From: Somniosus microcephalus
Taxonomy: Eukaryota
DNA: 64,000 bases
Direction: 5' to 3'
Assembly (NCBI GenBank): GCA_052327205.1
Contig: CM126218.1
Location: 79,484,001 to 79,548,000, forward strand
Under the pieces are notes generated by a model. That model worked only from the letters and a program-made list of their open reading frames with translations, was not told where the DNA came from and made no database searches. The position numbers were made by a program, and so were the translations under genes. Below are positions 62,527-64,000 of the stretch, in pieces. How positions within the stretch are numbered: position 1 is the stretch's first letter; each line of letters begins with the position of its first letter.

Positions 62527-62860
62527 GTGCTGCACTGTCTTTCGGATGAGACATTAGACCGAGGCCCCGTCTGCTCACTCAGGTGGACGTAAAAGATCCC
62601 ATGGCACTATTTCGAAGAAGAGCAGGGGAGTTCGCCCCGGTGTCCTGGCCAATACTTATCCCTCAATCTACATCAGTAAAACAGATTATCTGGTCATTAT
62701 CACATTGTGGGAGCTTGCTGTGCACAAATTGGCTGCCGCGTTTCCTACATTACAACAGTGACTACACTCCAAAAAGTACTTCATTGGCTGTAAAGTGCTT
62801 TGAGACGTCCGGTGGTCGTGAAAAGCGCTATAGAAATGCAAGTCTTTCTTTTTTCTTTCT
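62527..62860 (+). mobile_element. SacSINE1-like SINE, 5'-truncated
   Basis: Deu core and tail. Confidence 0.85.
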
Positions 62861-62909
62861 ACAGAGGGGGATTGTATCAGCCCAGATGTTGCACTTCCCC
62901 ATTCCCACA

Positions 62910-63326
62910 GAAAAGAAAGACTTACATTTCTATAGCGCCTTTCATGACCTCAGGACATCCCAAAGCACTTTACAGCCAATGAAGTACTTTTTGAAGTGTA
63001 GTCACTGTTGGAATGTAGGAAACGCGGCAGCCAATTTGCGCACAGCAAGCTCCCACAATGTGATAATGACCAGATAATCTGTTTTAGTGATGTTGATTGA
63101 GGGATAAATATTGGCCCAGGACACAAGGGATAACTACCCTGCTCTTCTTCGAAATAGTGCCGTGGGATCTTTTACCTGAGAGAGCAGACAGGACCTCGGT
63201 TTAACATCCCATCTGAAAAACGACACCTCAGACAATGCAGCACTCCCTCACTACTGCACTGGAGTGTCAGCCTAGATTCCTGTGCTCAAGTCTCTGACGT
63301 GGGACTTGAATCCACAACCTTCTGAT
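62910..63326 (-). mobile_element. SacSINE1-like SINE
   Basis: Inverted relative to 62527-62860. Confidence 0.85.
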
Positions 63327-63524
63327 TCATCTAGCCATGTTGTTCTTTGCCATCCTCTTGACCTATTACCATAATCTTTTCCAGATCCTAGTTTTCATTG
63401 TGACTGCTGAATAATGTGCCCCCAATGGGTTAACTTCCTCATCATCGTCAGCTTCATGTCTTTACTCTTGTATTAGTTCAAGGATCCTCCCATTAGCTGT
63501 TCTTCTTCTCCAACTAATATTCAA

Positions 63525-63742
63525 TCTCTCCGGCCTTCCATCCTATCACAGGCCTTCCCTTTGTTCTTTCCTCCCCTCCTCCCTGCCTCTACTTACAAAC
63601 CTCTCTTCTCTAACCTTTTCCAGTTCTGACGAAGGGTCCTCGACCCGAAACATTGACTTTGTTTCTCCTCTCCTCGATGCTGCCTGACCTGCTGAATGTT
63701 TCCAGCATTTTCTGTTGTTATTTCAGATTTCCAGCATCTGCT
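63525..63742 (+). mobile_element. Penelope pLTR fragment with hammerhead-like core
   Basis: CTGACGA-AGGGTCCTCGACCC-GAAA followed by the family tail. Confidence 0.75.
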
Positions 63743-64000
63743 ATGTTTAAATGCTACAAGAATAATATATAGATAGTTGCCTCTGAAATATCGGGATGCA
63801 CTGCAAATGATTAAGAAGATATTTCTAACTGCAATGACATACATTGGACAGAAATTTTAAAAACATAAGAAGAGCCAGAGTGAAAAGGCCATTAGGCCCA
63901 TCAAGTCCATTCTGTCCAGAGCCCATGTATGATTATTCTATCATTAATTTCCCTCCCATACCGCCTCTTGATCCCCCTACTTTAGGGAATGACATGAATC

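Overview
Repeat-dense, apparently gene-poor (intronic or intergenic) vertebrate DNA. The repeats (CR1 and L2 LINE tails, HE1/V-SINE, SacSINE1-type Deu-SINEs, Penelope fragments, Harbinger/Tc1 MITEs) point to a shark or other cartilaginous fish. No host exon could be supported. The main feature is a very young Mag-type Gypsy LTR element at 50575-56135: 254-bp LTRs with 1 mismatch, CAAGC target duplication, tRNA-Ser PBS and PPT. Its single intact 972-aa ORF keeps Gag and protease, but RT/RNaseH/integrase are replaced in frame by a mosaic of apparent host-gene fragments. I recognise these from memory as the STK10/SLK coiled coil, two ANKRD24 pieces in permuted order, and a DNAJC21 C2H2 zinc finger with basic tail, plus unassigned segments. 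A second deleted Gypsy element (6663-9383, minus strand) has a triplicated LTR-end/PBS junction. Nested solo LTRs, degenerate Penelope hammerhead motifs and several candidate conserved non-coding elements are also present. All homology calls come from recalled sequences, not from database searches.
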